From contig JAVZPM010000002.1 of assembly GCA_038881595.1 (NCBI GenBank), forward strand, positions 32,001-96,000: DNA of 64,000 nt, read 5' to 3'. Both the position numbers and the translations under genes were made by a program. Origin of the DNA: Candidatus Micrarchaeia archaeon. Lineage in GTDB: Archaea; Micrarchaeota; Micrarchaeia; CABMEP01. Under the pieces are notes generated by a model, which worked only from the letters and a program-made list of their open reading frames with translations, did not search any database and had not been told where the DNA came from. Positions 20,083-30,381 of the stretch are shown here, in pieces; position 1 is the first letter of the stretch, and each line of letters opens with the position of its first letter.

Positions 20083-20128
20083 AGAGAAATATTTATATAT
20101 ATCTTATGTTATAAAATCTTAATCATCT

Positions 20129-20632
20129 ATGCTTAAACTGGGTGAAATTATGGAAGAATTTAATTATAAGGTCAACGAATCAACAAGAAAATTCATCGAA
20201 GATGATTTCAAGGAAAGATTCAAAAAAACCGGCAACTCAATACTGCTAGAAAAGCCATTTCAGAAAGTGGCTGAATATTACATTAGGCAGAACGTACCTG
20301 CATATTTGAGAACGCAAAATGCACTTTCAAGCAATTCTGATGCAATAAAGCTAATGCAAAAAACTTTAGACGAATTTATATACAAAATAGAAAGCAAGGA
20401 ATTGGGTTGGCAATACCTTCTTAGAAAAGATGGATACGAGTGCATAAAGTTGTTTGACAATGTAGGTGAAAACATAATAGACTACAGTTACAGAGATCCG
20501 ACTCAAAAACCACCAATAACAGTAGAACTCCAGGTTAAAAATATGTTAAACAGATGGATAAGTGAAATGAATAATGAAAAAGAGACAGAATTAAATAAAG
20601 AAGATGAAAGCAAAGATGAAAATATTGAGTAA
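20129..20632 (+). CDS. Hypothetical protein
   Basis: Open 167-aa ORF with a GGTGA RBS before the internal MEEF start; no recognisable motif. Confidence 0.6.
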   Translation: MLKLGEIMEEFNYKVNESTRKFIEDDFKERFKKTGNSILLEKPFQKVAEYYIRQNVPAYLRTQNALSSNSDAIKLMQKTLDEFIYKIESKELGWQYLLRKDGYECIKLFDNVGENIIDYSYRDPTQKPPITVELQVKNMLNRWISEMNNEKETELNKEDESKDENIE

Positions 20633-20645
20633 TGGCTATTTTTAT

Positions 20646-20906
20646 TTATTCTATTTTTTTCCATACGCCATTAACATATTCATAAAGAGAACGAGTGGTT
20701 GAATCGTATACAATTCCATTTTTATCTGCAACTTCCTTTTCCCTGTCGATTTGTATTACTGTTTTATTTCGCATCCAATCAAAATGTTTGAAAGGATTCG
20801 GTTCTATGAGCGGAACTCTCATCTCTTCCTTTTTTCTTTTTTCGCACCATTCGATTACCTCTTTTATCTCTTTTGGTGGAATTCTACTTAATGAATAATC
20901 TGCCAT
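20646..20906 (-). CDS. Small hypothetical protein
   Basis: 86 aa, operonic spacing downstream of the DRG gene, normal composition. Confidence 0.65.
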   Translation of the reverse strand: MADYSLSRIPPKEIKEVIEWCEKRKKEEMRVPLIEPNPFKHFDWMRNKTVIQIDREKEVADKNGIVYDSTTRSLYEYVNGVWKKIE

Positions 20907-20922
20907 TTTATCACATTAGTCT

Positions 20923-22026
20923 TTATTTTTCAGCTATTATTGTAACAATATCTTGGTCTTCAACTACGTGATCCAATCCTACCCTTTGATTTGGATATTT
21001 AACTGATTTACCATTCACCAATGCATATTTGAATTTTTCAAGTAATTCTTTATGTATTCTTTGACATATCTCTTTTATTGTTGTTCCTTTTTTAACGATC
21101 ATAGGTTCTCCAAGCTCCTTTCCTTCTTTTCTTTTTGTATAAATCTGAATGAATTTAAGTTTATCATATATTATATCTTTTAACTTCTCTATATTAATTC
21201 CTTTTTCTGCAGAAATCACTATTATGTCTTTTTTAAGTCTATTCTTTGCATCTTCTGTTATTTTTTTGATCTCATTTTCAGATAATTCATCTGCTTTATT
21301 TAATACGATTAATGAAGGCAGATAAACGCATGATTTACTGACATGATCGATTAATTCATCGAGTGTTATCTGCTTTGGAATTATAACATCTGCATTGAGG
21401 ATTCCAAATGTTTTCAATACGTCCTTTATTGTTTCTTCTTTTAATCCTGGTTTACCATTTATGACTATGCCGCCATATTGCTTTTTGTTTATTTTTATCT
21501 CTGGAGGTTCTTTATCCATTCTAATATTTGCCTTTTCTAATTCGTCTAATATTGTTTCTATTTTTTCATATCTTTTTGGATCAGTTACAATCATAATCAT
21601 ATCTGCAGCTCTAACAGTAGAAAGAATCATTTTGCCCATTCCTTTTCCTTCAGCAGCCCCTTCTATGATTCCAGGTATATCAAGAATCTGGATTTTTGCA
21701 CCTTTATGAATCAAAACACCAGGAATCACATCTTTTGTAGTAAACTCCCAAGCTGCAACCTGTGATTTTGTTCCAGTCAAGCGATTGATAAGTGTGGATT
21801 TTCCTACGGAAGGAAAGCCGACCATAACTAGAGTTGCATCTCCTTCTTTTTTTACCATGAAGCCTTTTCCACCACTACTTTTTTTTGAACTTGCTGCCTT
21901 CTCTTTTAATCTTGCTATCTTTGCTTTAAGAAGTCCTATATGGTGTTCCGTAGCCTTATTATATTGTGTTCTTGCTATTTCGTCTTCTATTTCTTTTATC
22001 TGTTGTTCGATTGTCATTCTAATCAC
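20923..22026 (-). CDS. DRG/Rbg-type OBG-family GTPase with TGS domain
   Basis: NKATEHHIGLLKAK, GFPSVGKST, EFTT, DIPGIIEGA, NKAD and a C-terminal TGS domain. Confidence 0.95.
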   Translation of the reverse strand: MIRMTIEQQIKEIEDEIARTQYNKATEHHIGLLKAKIARLKEKAASSKKSSGGKGFMVKKEGDATLVMVGFPSVGKSTLINRLTGTKSQVAAWEFTTKDVIPGVLIHKGAKIQILDIPGIIEGAAEGKGMGKMILSTVRAADMIMIVTDPKRYEKIETILDELEKANIRMDKEPPEIKINKKQYGGIVINGKPGLKEETIKDVLKTFGILNADVIIPKQITLDELIDHVSKSCVYLPSLIVLNKADELSENEIKKITEDAKNRLKKDIIVISAEKGINIEKLKDIIYDKLKFIQIYTKRKEGKELGEPMIVKKGTTIKEICQRIHKELLEKFKYALVNGKSVKYPNQRVGLDHVVEDQDIVTIIAEK

Positions 22027-22052
22027 TTGAATGAAAATGCAAAATAGAATTC

Positions 22053-24338
22053 TTATTGTTGCGTCTGTTCTTTTTGTATCTGGCTGGTTTGGCGGAGTTC
22101 TTCTTTAACAAGATTTGGAAATATTACTGCCCATTCTTTTTCTAGATCAGAGTAATCAATTTCTCCATTTTCCTTTTCTTTCTCTTTCATTAGTTTTCTA
22201 AGCGATGCATTTGCTTTAAGTACGAACCCTATTTCCCTTAGCATTGGATTATCTGCTTCTAAAGATGCTTTGTATATTTGGGAATAAACTTTTCCTTTCA
22301 TGAATGCTTCTAACATATATTGTTCTGGAGAGATTCCAGTATCTGCAGCCCTTCTTTCCAATGCAGGAGGTATGAATTTAATATCTATTTCTTTCTCAAG
22401 TTTGCCCACATCAATATTTTCAATTGTCCATTGACTTGCCTCTGGATTCTTTATGAATTGACAATCAAGTCTTGAAGTTGTAATATTTGGACCTCTAGTA
22501 AATGAAAATGTTTCTACAAATTTTCTTTCTACAGGCTCTGATTCGTATGCCTTCTTGATAATTCTATATAGTCTTTCTTTTCTTCCAAATCTAAATTTAT
22601 GCAGGAATGTATATCTGTCTGTTGCAAACATTGATGCAGCAGGGATTCCAAATACTAGCTCCAATCTGTCTTGCACGTCTCTTAAACTTTCAGCATGGAA
22701 ATTGTAGAGTAAGAATACTCCTGGTTGCGTGTTCAATAGATTGATAATACCTTGTACAGCAGTTCTTGATCTTAATTCATTTATTATCACTGCAGCTTCA
22801 CCCATTCTTAGCAATGCAGATGTCATCTTTACAATTGACAATGCAGTTCTTTCTTCCTCTTCCTCTGCAACCTTTGCAGAACCGATATGGAAACCATATT
22901 TTCTGTAAGCTCTAGTTGGAATTTCTTCTATATCCTGCACAGGGATTATTCTCTTCTTTGTTCCAATTGCAGTTATCTTTGCAGCAGTAAATGATGTTTT
23001 ACCGCATCCTTTTATACCCATCACACCTTCGGATGTTCCAAGTGAAACCATAACATCGTCGTATCCGCAGAAAAATGCAGACATTGAATTGTAATGCAGA
23101 TACTGTGAATAGGTGAATGGAGTTGGTTTCATGATTCTAAATGCACCTTGAAGCTCACCGAATGTTGCAGGAGGCCCCTGTAGATGACATCTCATATTAA
23201 TTCGATTTAGCATTAAATCAATCAATGGATTCTTTTCATCAAGTTTCTTTCCTAACTTAGCTCCAAGTGTTGCATTAAGAAATGCATATTCAAGGAGCTG
23301 TCTATTGTATCTGTATTGGGTGTGGCAGGTTCCATGATAAACATGCTCAAGATAGAGAGGAGAGTTTTCAGCATCTATATAAATATCAGTTATGTTGTTT
23401 TGGTCAAGTGCAAGATTCTCAAGAGGAGCACCTAATCCGAGCGTCCAATTAACGGTTTCTTTTGCCATTACTAATGCTTGTTCTTGAGTTATAGGTATTT
23501 TGTTCATTGCAGCGGTATCTAGATAATATTGCCTGTATTCGAGAAGTTTCTTATCATACAAAGCTGCATAGTCAAGAACACCAGTTATTTGCTGCATATT
23601 TGCAGCTATGTATTGCCTCATTAATTTTTTGAGCTGATCTGGAAGGTTTTGAAGAATATCGTTTTTCTGTACATACATATTTGCCTCTTTTCCAGGAAGC
23701 TCATAAATCTCAACCTTCCAACTGTATGGTAAATCATATTTTGCAGTTTTAGCTTCGATCAGCTTTGCATTCTGTGGAAGTTCGAGCGAAATTGTCTCGA
23801 CGAAGGCAGCGCTTCTCATCTCAGCAAATTGCAGAAATACACTTCTCATATCTCCAAGTTGCTTTGTAAGGGAATACATCTTTGTCTTTCTTAATGCATC
23901 CAATATATTAAGGAGTATGGTTCCAAATCTTCTGTATCCCTCAAGAAATACTCCTCTTGTAGGTTCTGGCTCTTTGTATTCCATTATTTTTTGTTCTGCA
24001 ATCAATGGATTTTGGTAGAGCGAATCTAAAACTTCTTTAAGCACTTTCTTCCTTACAGTGTAATAATCATCCTCTTTTCTTCCAAAAGAATCAGGATTTA
24101 ATGTTATCAATTCAACCTGCCTTATCAGCGAGACATATTCCTTAATAACTTGAGTCTTTTGTTCGTCAAATTCGATTATCATTTCTTCTTCGTATCTTAT
24201 CCTGTCGAATTCAAAATCTGTTACTAATGCCAATTGTTTTAGCTGACTGTTGATGCAGTCAGGACTGAATAATTCATATGGACTTGCTATTGAGTCCATA
24301 ATTGCTACTCTGTTTTGTATTCCACGGTAGATGCACAT
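22053..24338 (-). CDS. Divergent type II/IV secretion (VirB11-like) ATPase
   Basis: ITDIYID, Walker A GIKGCGKTS, altered Asp box VQDIEEI, LRMGE...INELR and His box FHAES. Confidence 0.7.
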   Translation of the reverse strand: MCIYRGIQNRVAIMDSIASPYELFSPDCINSQLKQLALVTDFEFDRIRYEEEMIIEFDEQKTQVIKEYVSLIRQVELITLNPDSFGRKEDDYYTVRKKVLKEVLDSLYQNPLIAEQKIMEYKEPEPTRGVFLEGYRRFGTILLNILDALRKTKMYSLTKQLGDMRSVFLQFAEMRSAAFVETISLELPQNAKLIEAKTAKYDLPYSWKVEIYELPGKEANMYVQKNDILQNLPDQLKKLMRQYIAANMQQITGVLDYAALYDKKLLEYRQYYLDTAAMNKIPITQEQALVMAKETVNWTLGLGAPLENLALDQNNITDIYIDAENSPLYLEHVYHGTCHTQYRYNRQLLEYAFLNATLGAKLGKKLDEKNPLIDLMLNRINMRCHLQGPPATFGELQGAFRIMKPTPFTYSQYLHYNSMSAFFCGYDDVMVSLGTSEGVMGIKGCGKTSFTAAKITAIGTKKRIIPVQDIEEIPTRAYRKYGFHIGSAKVAEEEEERTALSIVKMTSALLRMGEAAVIINELRSRTAVQGIINLLNTQPGVFLLYNFHAESLRDVQDRLELVFGIPAASMFATDRYTFLHKFRFGRKERLYRIIKKAYESEPVERKFVETFSFTRGPNITTSRLDCQFIKNPEASQWTIENIDVGKLEKEIDIKFIPPALERRAADTGISPEQYMLEAFMKGKVYSQIYKASLEADNPMLREIGFVLKANASLRKLMKEKEKENGEIDYSDLEKEWAVIFPNLVKEELRQTSQIQKEQTQQ

Positions 24339-24391
24339 GATTTAAATATTATTAGAAATGCTTAAAAATACAATTACTCTAATGGTATTTT

Positions 24392-26314
24392 ATGATAAAG
24401 ACGAAAATTGATAGGATCGCTTCTTTAATAAAGGAGAAGCCAATGTCTTTAAAGGATTTATCTTCTCAACTGGATTTAAATCAAGAAATAATTGAGATTG
24501 TTGGAAGAAATCTTGAGGCGAGAGGAATAATGCGATTGGATTACCCAGCTGTAGGCTCACCGATTTTATCTCTTGTAAAAGTTCTAGATGAGAAACATGA
24601 ATCAATTCCTACTTCTTTCGATGAAAAATATTCATTTGATGTCAATGGAATTAATGTAACTATCTACATTTATAGAGACCAAGAACGAAGGCCATTTTAT
24701 CATGTAGTTTATAGCGAACCTGCACCATACACTCTGGAGTTTTTAAAGTCATTAGAACCGGAGATATCAAGAGATATACCGCTTGATACAAGTTACTTTT
24801 TAACTCCAGAAAGGATGCAGGCATACCTTCCCATAATATATAATAAAGTTAAGGATAAATTGTCAGTTTATTTTGGAGAGCACTTAGATCAATTGGCAGG
24901 ATATATATTTATTAACATGTATGGAATGAGAGAGCTCGAAATATTAATGGGTGATGAAAATCTTGAAGAAATCTCTGTAAACACTTCACTTATTCCTATT
25001 TCAGTTTATCATAGAAATTATGGATGGATGAAGACAAATCTTAAATTTAAAGACGAAGAAGAAATCGCAAATATCGCATCTCAAATTGCAAGAAGAGTAG
25101 GACAACAGATTACCATTGCAAACCCAATATTGGATGCTTTCTTAACAACTGGTGACAGAGCAACTGCAACTCTCTTCCCTGCTTCTACAAAAGGAAATAC
25201 AATTACTATTAGAAAATTTGCAAAAGAACCATGGACAGTTACTAAATTCATTGCAAATCATACTCTTTCTGTTGATATGGCTGCATTGCTATGGCAGGCG
25301 GTGCATTATGAGATGAACGTTATAGCAACTGGAGGAACTGCAAGTGGAAAAACAAGTCTTCTTAACATTATGATGCAGCTGTCTCCACCATATCAAAGAA
25401 TAGTTTCGATTGAAGAGACAAGAGAAATCGCACTTCCTGAGCATATATGGAATTGGGTTCCTCTTCTTGTAAGAGAAGGAGGTCCATCCCTTGAAATGGA
25501 AAAAGTTAAGATATCAATGGCAGATCTCTTAATAACTTCATTAAGAATGAGGCCAGATAGAATCATATTAGGTGAAGTCAGATCTCCAGATGAAGCAAAA
25601 GTTCTATTTGACGCAATGCATACTGGTCACAGCGTATCTACGACATTTCATGCAGATTCAGCAAACCAACTGCTTAAGCGTATGCTAGAGCCCCCGTTTT
25701 CAATTCATGCAACAGAAGTCGAATCTATTCATTTAATTGTTGTCCAGCACAGAGACAGAAGAAGAAATCTAAGAAGAACATTTGAAATATCTGAAATTTC
25801 ACCAGGTTTAGAAGGTACTTTGTCAACAAATAGATTATATATCTGGAGACCAAGAACAGACAAATTTGAAGAGATAAACAAACCCAGAAGATACATAGAG
25901 GATATAAATGTTTATACTGGAATGACTGAAAAGGAAATTTACGACGATCTCGATGAAAGAAAACAGATTTTAAACTGGATGGTAAGACATAAGTATTTCG
26001 ATATCCTGCAGATCAGTGAGGTTGCAAAGGCATATTACAATACGCCAGATGTGCTTTATAGGGCTGTTGAAAAAGATAAAGAGCTAGAAGGTGTTCCAAA
26101 ACCAAAACATCTGTTTGAAGCTCCAACCTTTTCTACTTTCAAGACAGTTTCAAATGAAGAGATAAATGTAAAAGAAGAATCCAAACCAATCTCACTAAGT
26201 AAAATACCAGAAGTAGAATTTTCTGCTTCAGAAGTTCTCAAAACCCTTACAGAAGAAATAGAAAAGGCAAAGGCAGAAAAGAGGAGCAAGAAATCAAAAG
26301 GAAAGAAAAGATGA
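24392..26314 (+). CDS. Type IV pilus assembly ATPase (VirB11/FlaI/CpaF family)
   Basis: GGTASGKTS, SIEETREI, LRMRPDRIILGEVR and HTGH...TFHA. Confidence 0.93.
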   Translation: MIKTKIDRIASLIKEKPMSLKDLSSQLDLNQEIIEIVGRNLEARGIMRLDYPAVGSPILSLVKVLDEKHESIPTSFDEKYSFDVNGINVTIYIYRDQERRPFYHVVYSEPAPYTLEFLKSLEPEISRDIPLDTSYFLTPERMQAYLPIIYNKVKDKLSVYFGEHLDQLAGYIFINMYGMRELEILMGDENLEEISVNTSLIPISVYHRNYGWMKTNLKFKDEEEIANIASQIARRVGQQITIANPILDAFLTTGDRATATLFPASTKGNTITIRKFAKEPWTVTKFIANHTLSVDMAALLWQAVHYEMNVIATGGTASGKTSLLNIMMQLSPPYQRIVSIEETREIALPEHIWNWVPLLVREGGPSLEMEKVKISMADLLITSLRMRPDRIILGEVRSPDEAKVLFDAMHTGHSVSTTFHADSANQLLKRMLEPPFSIHATEVESIHLIVVQHRDRRRNLRRTFEISEISPGLEGTLSTNRLYIWRPRTDKFEEINKPRRYIEDINVYTGMTEKEIYDDLDERKQILNWMVRHKYFDILQISEVAKAYYNTPDVLYRAVEKDKELEGVPKPKHLFEAPTFSTFKTVSNEEINVKEESKPISLSKIPEVEFSASEVLKTLTEEIEKAKAEKRSKKSKGKKR

Positions 26315-26336
26315 TTTGAATTTATTAGAGGGATAA

Positions 26337-27305
26337 TTGATGCTTGCAAAAAAGAAAAATAGTGATGAAAACAAAGATAAACTATCAATCAAAACATTAA
26401 ATTCAGAGATTCAAAAAGAAAACCATTTTGAAGTCTACATACCTATTCAATTGGTTTCGACAGAACAGGCAAAGTACGGAAGATTTTTGCTTCCACTTGC
26501 AAGGTTTTTATTAACTCCTTCAAAGAAAAAAGAAATTGAAAAAGCCTACCTTGTAGGTGAGCCTGATTATATAATGGTCGCATTCATTTTATCTTCTCTT
26601 GTCTGGGCTTTGTTCTTTTCACTTGCAGTATTTTTATTGCAAATTCTAGTAGCATTTGAAACACCAGAATCTGCAGCTCCTCTTTCAATATTGATATTTG
26701 TAATTTCATTTCTTTTCTTTTTTTATTTACATTATATTTATCCTGGGATTCTTGCAAAAAAAGTTGCAGAAACCACTGAATTTGAGCTTTTACATGTTCT
26801 TAGAGAAATGTGGATAGATTCCACATCCGGTGTACCATTATACAATATACTTGTAAATGTTGCGAGAGCAGGTTATGGTCCAATTTCAAAAGATATAGAA
26901 GCTGCAGTTCGAGAAATCAATACTGGAGAAAGAGATGTAAATGCATTAGAAAAAGTAGCACAGAAAACAAGCTCAGAAAATTTCAAGAGAATTTTATGGC
27001 ATCTCTCCTCATCCATGCGAACTGGCGTGGGATTAACTCTCGCATTAGAGAATTCTATAAACATGCTTTCATCAGAACAATTGAGAAGAATAAGGGAGTA
27101 CGGTGCTTCTTTAAATTTCTATTTGCTTCTTTATCTGTTGTTTGCAGCAGTTATACCATCGATTGTAATAACATTCTTTGCTATACTTTCTGCATTTGGG
27201 ATATTTCCAATAACATTTGATCTATTATTTGCTTTGGTTATTTTATCATCTTTATTACAAGTTGTATTGATAGGTTTGATGAGGGCAGGAAGGCCTATAA
27301 TATGA
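26337..27305 (+). CDS. Type II secretion F (TadB/TadC/FlaJ-like) pilus platform protein
   Basis: SGVPL....V....YG.IS pattern and multiple TM helices; follows the ATPase. Confidence 0.85.
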   Translation: MMLAKKKNSDENKDKLSIKTLNSEIQKENHFEVYIPIQLVSTEQAKYGRFLLPLARFLLTPSKKKEIEKAYLVGEPDYIMVAFILSSLVWALFFSLAVFLLQILVAFETPESAAPLSILIFVISFLFFFYLHYIYPGILAKKVAETTEFELLHVLREMWIDSTSGVPLYNILVNVARAGYGPISKDIEAAVREINTGERDVNALEKVAQKTSSENFKRILWHLSSSMRTGVGLTLALENSINMLSSEQLRRIREYGASLNFYLLLYLLFAAVIPSIVITFFAILSAFGIFPITFDLLFALVILSSLLQVVLIGLMRAGRPII

Positions 27306-28354
27306 GAAGGGATTGTATGATATTTAGTAATCTGCTAAAAAATTTAGAAGACAGGGTACCAATGTATATTAAAAAAAAGATTCAAAAATTGCTTTTATAT
27401 GCAGGGGAGGAAGAAGCGCCAGAATCTTGGTTTATAAAGAATTTAATAGTTTCATTGCTCTTTGGCCTTGCTTTTCTCTCTGCACCAACTATATTCTTTA
27501 GTTATCTATCTGAAGCAGGCTTGAATCTTACAGAGACAAGGTTTCTCATATTATCGTTTATAATTGGGTTGACTGCATTCATTGTTTACTGGATATTTGT
27601 TTTTTCAGCATTGTATCTTAAAATAGAATATAGAAAAAGAAGAACAAATGAAATATTACCTGATTTTCTTTCAAGCGTTGCAATGAATATAAGGGCAGGA
27701 ATGGAACCGATTTCAGCACTCTATGTTTCTTTAAGGCCTGATTTTGATCCAATAACATCTGAAATGATGAAGATAAGGTCTTTAGCCATAGGATCAAAAT
27801 CAATATTGGATCAGCTGTCTTATCTTACTTCTAAGATTGATTCTAATGCACTTAGAAGAACAGTTGCAATTATAGATAGAGCATCAAGGTCTGGAGGAGA
27901 GTTAGGAAGACTGTTGCTATCTGTAGCTGATGATTTAAGAGATACAAATAGAGTACAGAAAGAATTAGAGACGTCAACAAGAGGATACGTATATTTCATT
28001 TCATTCCTTACTATATTGGGAATTCCGTTGCTTCTTTCTGTTTCATCAGTTTTCATTAGTGCAACTGCAAAACAAAGCCAACAGTTTACTGGGGGATTCG
28101 GAGGTTTAATAAGCGTGATTCCAATATCAAATGTAGTTACTTCTCAAACTTTAGATCCATCAGCAGTTTTAACTATATTCATAATTCTTATATCTATAGG
28201 TGCTATCTCCGCTTCACTTATGTTGGGTGTATTATGGCATGGAGAGGTAAAGCAAGGGTTTAGATATTCAATAATATTATTACCCTTAGCGATTATTGCA
28301 TTTTTAATATTTAGATCTGCCATGTTCTCTCTAATCGCCTCTTTTGGAATCTAA
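27302..28354 (+). CDS. Second type II secretion F (TadC-like) platform protein
   Basis: LPDFL...AMNIRAGM and SGG.L..LL..VA.D motifs; TM helices. Confidence 0.87.
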   Translation: MRRDCMIFSNLLKNLEDRVPMYIKKKIQKLLLYAGEEEAPESWFIKNLIVSLLFGLAFLSAPTIFFSYLSEAGLNLTETRFLILSFIIGLTAFIVYWIFVFSALYLKIEYRKRRTNEILPDFLSSVAMNIRAGMEPISALYVSLRPDFDPITSEMMKIRSLAIGSKSILDQLSYLTSKIDSNALRRTVAIIDRASRSGGELGRLLLSVADDLRDTNRVQKELETSTRGYVYFISFLTILGIPLLLSVSSVFISATAKQSQQFTGGFGGLISVIPISNVVTSQTLDPSAVLTIFIILISIGAISASLMLGVLWHGEVKQGFRYSIILLPLAIIAFLIFRSAMFSLIASFGI

Positions 28355-28452
28355 AAAAAAGATTTTTATACCTTGCATTATAATCATAATAATCAGTAAA
28401 CATATCGGTAAAAAATATCACGATATGTGGAAAATTTAATTGAGGTGGATAT

Positions 28453-28935
28453 ATGTTTGGAAAGAAAAAAGGTCAGGCAACAATTGAATATTTGGTTTTG
28501 CTTGCAGTGGCAATAATAATTGCACTGGTAATATTTGCATTTATGGGATGGATACCTGGCTTTGCAGGTAGCCTAAAGGAAAGACAAGTCAAACTCTACT
28601 GGTCTTCTCAATACCCAATACAAATAAGAGAATACAAGTTTTTCAATCAAAGTGGTGATGGTAATTTAACATTACAAGTACAAAATGTTGCTGACTATCA
28701 AATAAATATAACAGGTTTTTCAACTAGAAGCGCTTCAAACAATACACCAACCTATATATTATTACCTGGTGAAACAAAAGTAATTTCATATATATTGGGT
28801 TCTTACAATACCATTTGTAGTAAAGTCGGAGATCCATACGAATTAACAGAAGTAAAAATAAACTATACGATTATTGGTGGAATTCAAAATATGGTAGAAA
28901 CTGGTGATAGACCACTTGTAGGAACCTGCCAGTAA
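28453..28935 (+). CDS. Probable major type IV pilin (class III signal peptide)
   Basis: KKGQ/ATIEYLVLL with +5 Glu, followed by a hydrophobic helix; strong GAGGTG RBS and T-rich 3' flank. Confidence 0.85.
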   Translation: MFGKKKGQATIEYLVLLAVAIIIALVIFAFMGWIPGFAGSLKERQVKLYWSSQYPIQIREYKFFNQSGDGNLTLQVQNVADYQINITGFSTRSASNNTPTYILLPGETKVISYILGSYNTICSKVGDPYELTEVKINYTIIGGIQNMVETGDRPLVGTCQ

Positions 28936-29121
28936 ATTAATTAGTTAGTTTTTTTATTTTTATTTTTTATTCTTTTATTAATTTTTCGTGTGCTCTGGTT
29001 TTGATCTTATTTTTGATTTTATTTAACTATTTAAATGTCCAGTCCACTATTGGACTATTTACTTTTTTATAGCTAGCTAGTTATTTTAGTCATATTTTAT
29101 TGTAATCTTATTTTTGTTTTT

Positions 29122-30249
29122 TCATTTCAAATATTCTTGCAATTCTTTTTTCATATTCTCTATGTTTAGAATAAAATCAGCGTATCCTATCCATTCTCCA
29201 TCTTCAAAACTATACATGTCACTGTCACTTATCACGATCATTAATTCATTTATTCCATTTTTTAAAACAGGCAGTTTAATCTCTTTTCCTATCTCTCCCA
29301 TATATGAACCATCTTGCGGTTCAATTAGTTCAGCCCCATTAAGAAGATTAATTTGAGAGCTATTATTTATTTTATATTGAGAAAAGGCAACTACACAATG
29401 TCCTAGCGAAGGTTCTTTTAGATAACAAACAACATAAGGATAAATATTTCCTGGTTTAAGCTCTTTTGCTTCTACATCTCTAATGAACCAGGTATTTCTA
29501 TTGTTTATGAAATATCTATTACCGTTTTCTATTGGAATGTATGACTCAATAATTATCTTTTTATTGCTGCATTTGCTTAATACATTATTCATTTCTGCCT
29601 TAAAAAACAGGGAATAATCTTCACAATCGCCCCCTTTATTTGCAATAAATTCTTCTAATGAACTTAGTTTATCTTTTTTATTATAAAGAGAGGTATCTGA
29701 AATATACTTCAGCCCATAAAATTCATCATTAACCAGATAAAAGCAAGCAGTTTTGATTCTGCATTCATCAAAAACTATTTTATAGCATTCTGTTTTAAGA
29801 TCGCTTATTAGGCTTGTTTTTAGGCTATTATTCATCTTTTCAATATTTGAATTTTGAGAAAACCAGCTCATGGATTCATTTATTTTTTGTGAATATTCAT
29901 CTAACTTTGCTAATAATGCATTTGCTTCATCTTTCAGTTGTTCATATCTGCTTCCTAAAAGAGTATAATTTTGAGTCAACATCTGATATTCATTTTGCAG
30001 CTTAGAGTAATTTTCTTCAGTTTCACTAAGCTTTTTTTTCAAATTTTCATTTTTTTCTAAAGCAGATTGAAGAGAAGTGATAAGTTGTTGCTTTTCTGAA
30101 TTTAATTTCTCTATATTTGAAGTTGTATTTTCTACATATTTAAGATGCAGTTCTCTAAGGGAATTGTAACTGTTGAACTGATATATATTCAATAAAATAA
30201 GGAAGAGAACTGCGACTGCAAGAATTTTTTCATTTTCCATTTTATTCAA
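29122..30249 (-). CDS. Membrane-anchored coiled-coil transglutaminase-like (cysteine protease) protein
   Basis: N-terminal TM helix, roughly 100-aa coiled coil, then GGDCEDY, GHCVV and IEPQ triad motifs. Confidence 0.7.
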   Translation of the reverse strand: MNKMENEKILAVAVLFLILLNIYQFNSYNSLRELHLKYVENTTSNIEKLNSEKQQLITSLQSALEKNENLKKKLSETEENYSKLQNEYQMLTQNYTLLGSRYEQLKDEANALLAKLDEYSQKINESMSWFSQNSNIEKMNNSLKTSLISDLKTECYKIVFDECRIKTACFYLVNDEFYGLKYISDTSLYNKKDKLSSLEEFIANKGGDCEDYSLFFKAEMNNVLSKCSNKKIIIESYIPIENGNRYFINNRNTWFIRDVEAKELKPGNIYPYVVCYLKEPSLGHCVVAFSQYKINNSSQINLLNGAELIEPQDGSYMGEIGKEIKLPVLKNGINELMIVISDSDMYSFEDGEWIGYADFILNIENMKKELQEYLK

Positions 30250-30263
30250 CTTTTAATGTTTAA

Positions 30264-30336
30264 TAGCCCCGACCGGATTCGAACCGGTGTCTCGGGCTCC
30301 AAAGGCCCGCATACTTGACCGCTATACGACGGGGCT
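30264..30336 (-). tRNA. tRNA-Gln(TTG), no intron
   Basis: Acceptor stem AGCCCCG/CGGGGCT with A1-U72, CGGGC-CTTTGGA-GCCCG anticodon arm, TTCGAAT T-loop. Confidence 0.95.
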
Positions 30337-30381
30337 ATACAATTATTTATAGCTAATCAAAATTTTAAATACTTGCTTATT

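Noticed and set aside
30264..30336. Integrated element at tRNA-Gln (or at the other two tRNAs)
   Set aside because: I saw no duplicated tRNA 3' end and no integrase in the window.
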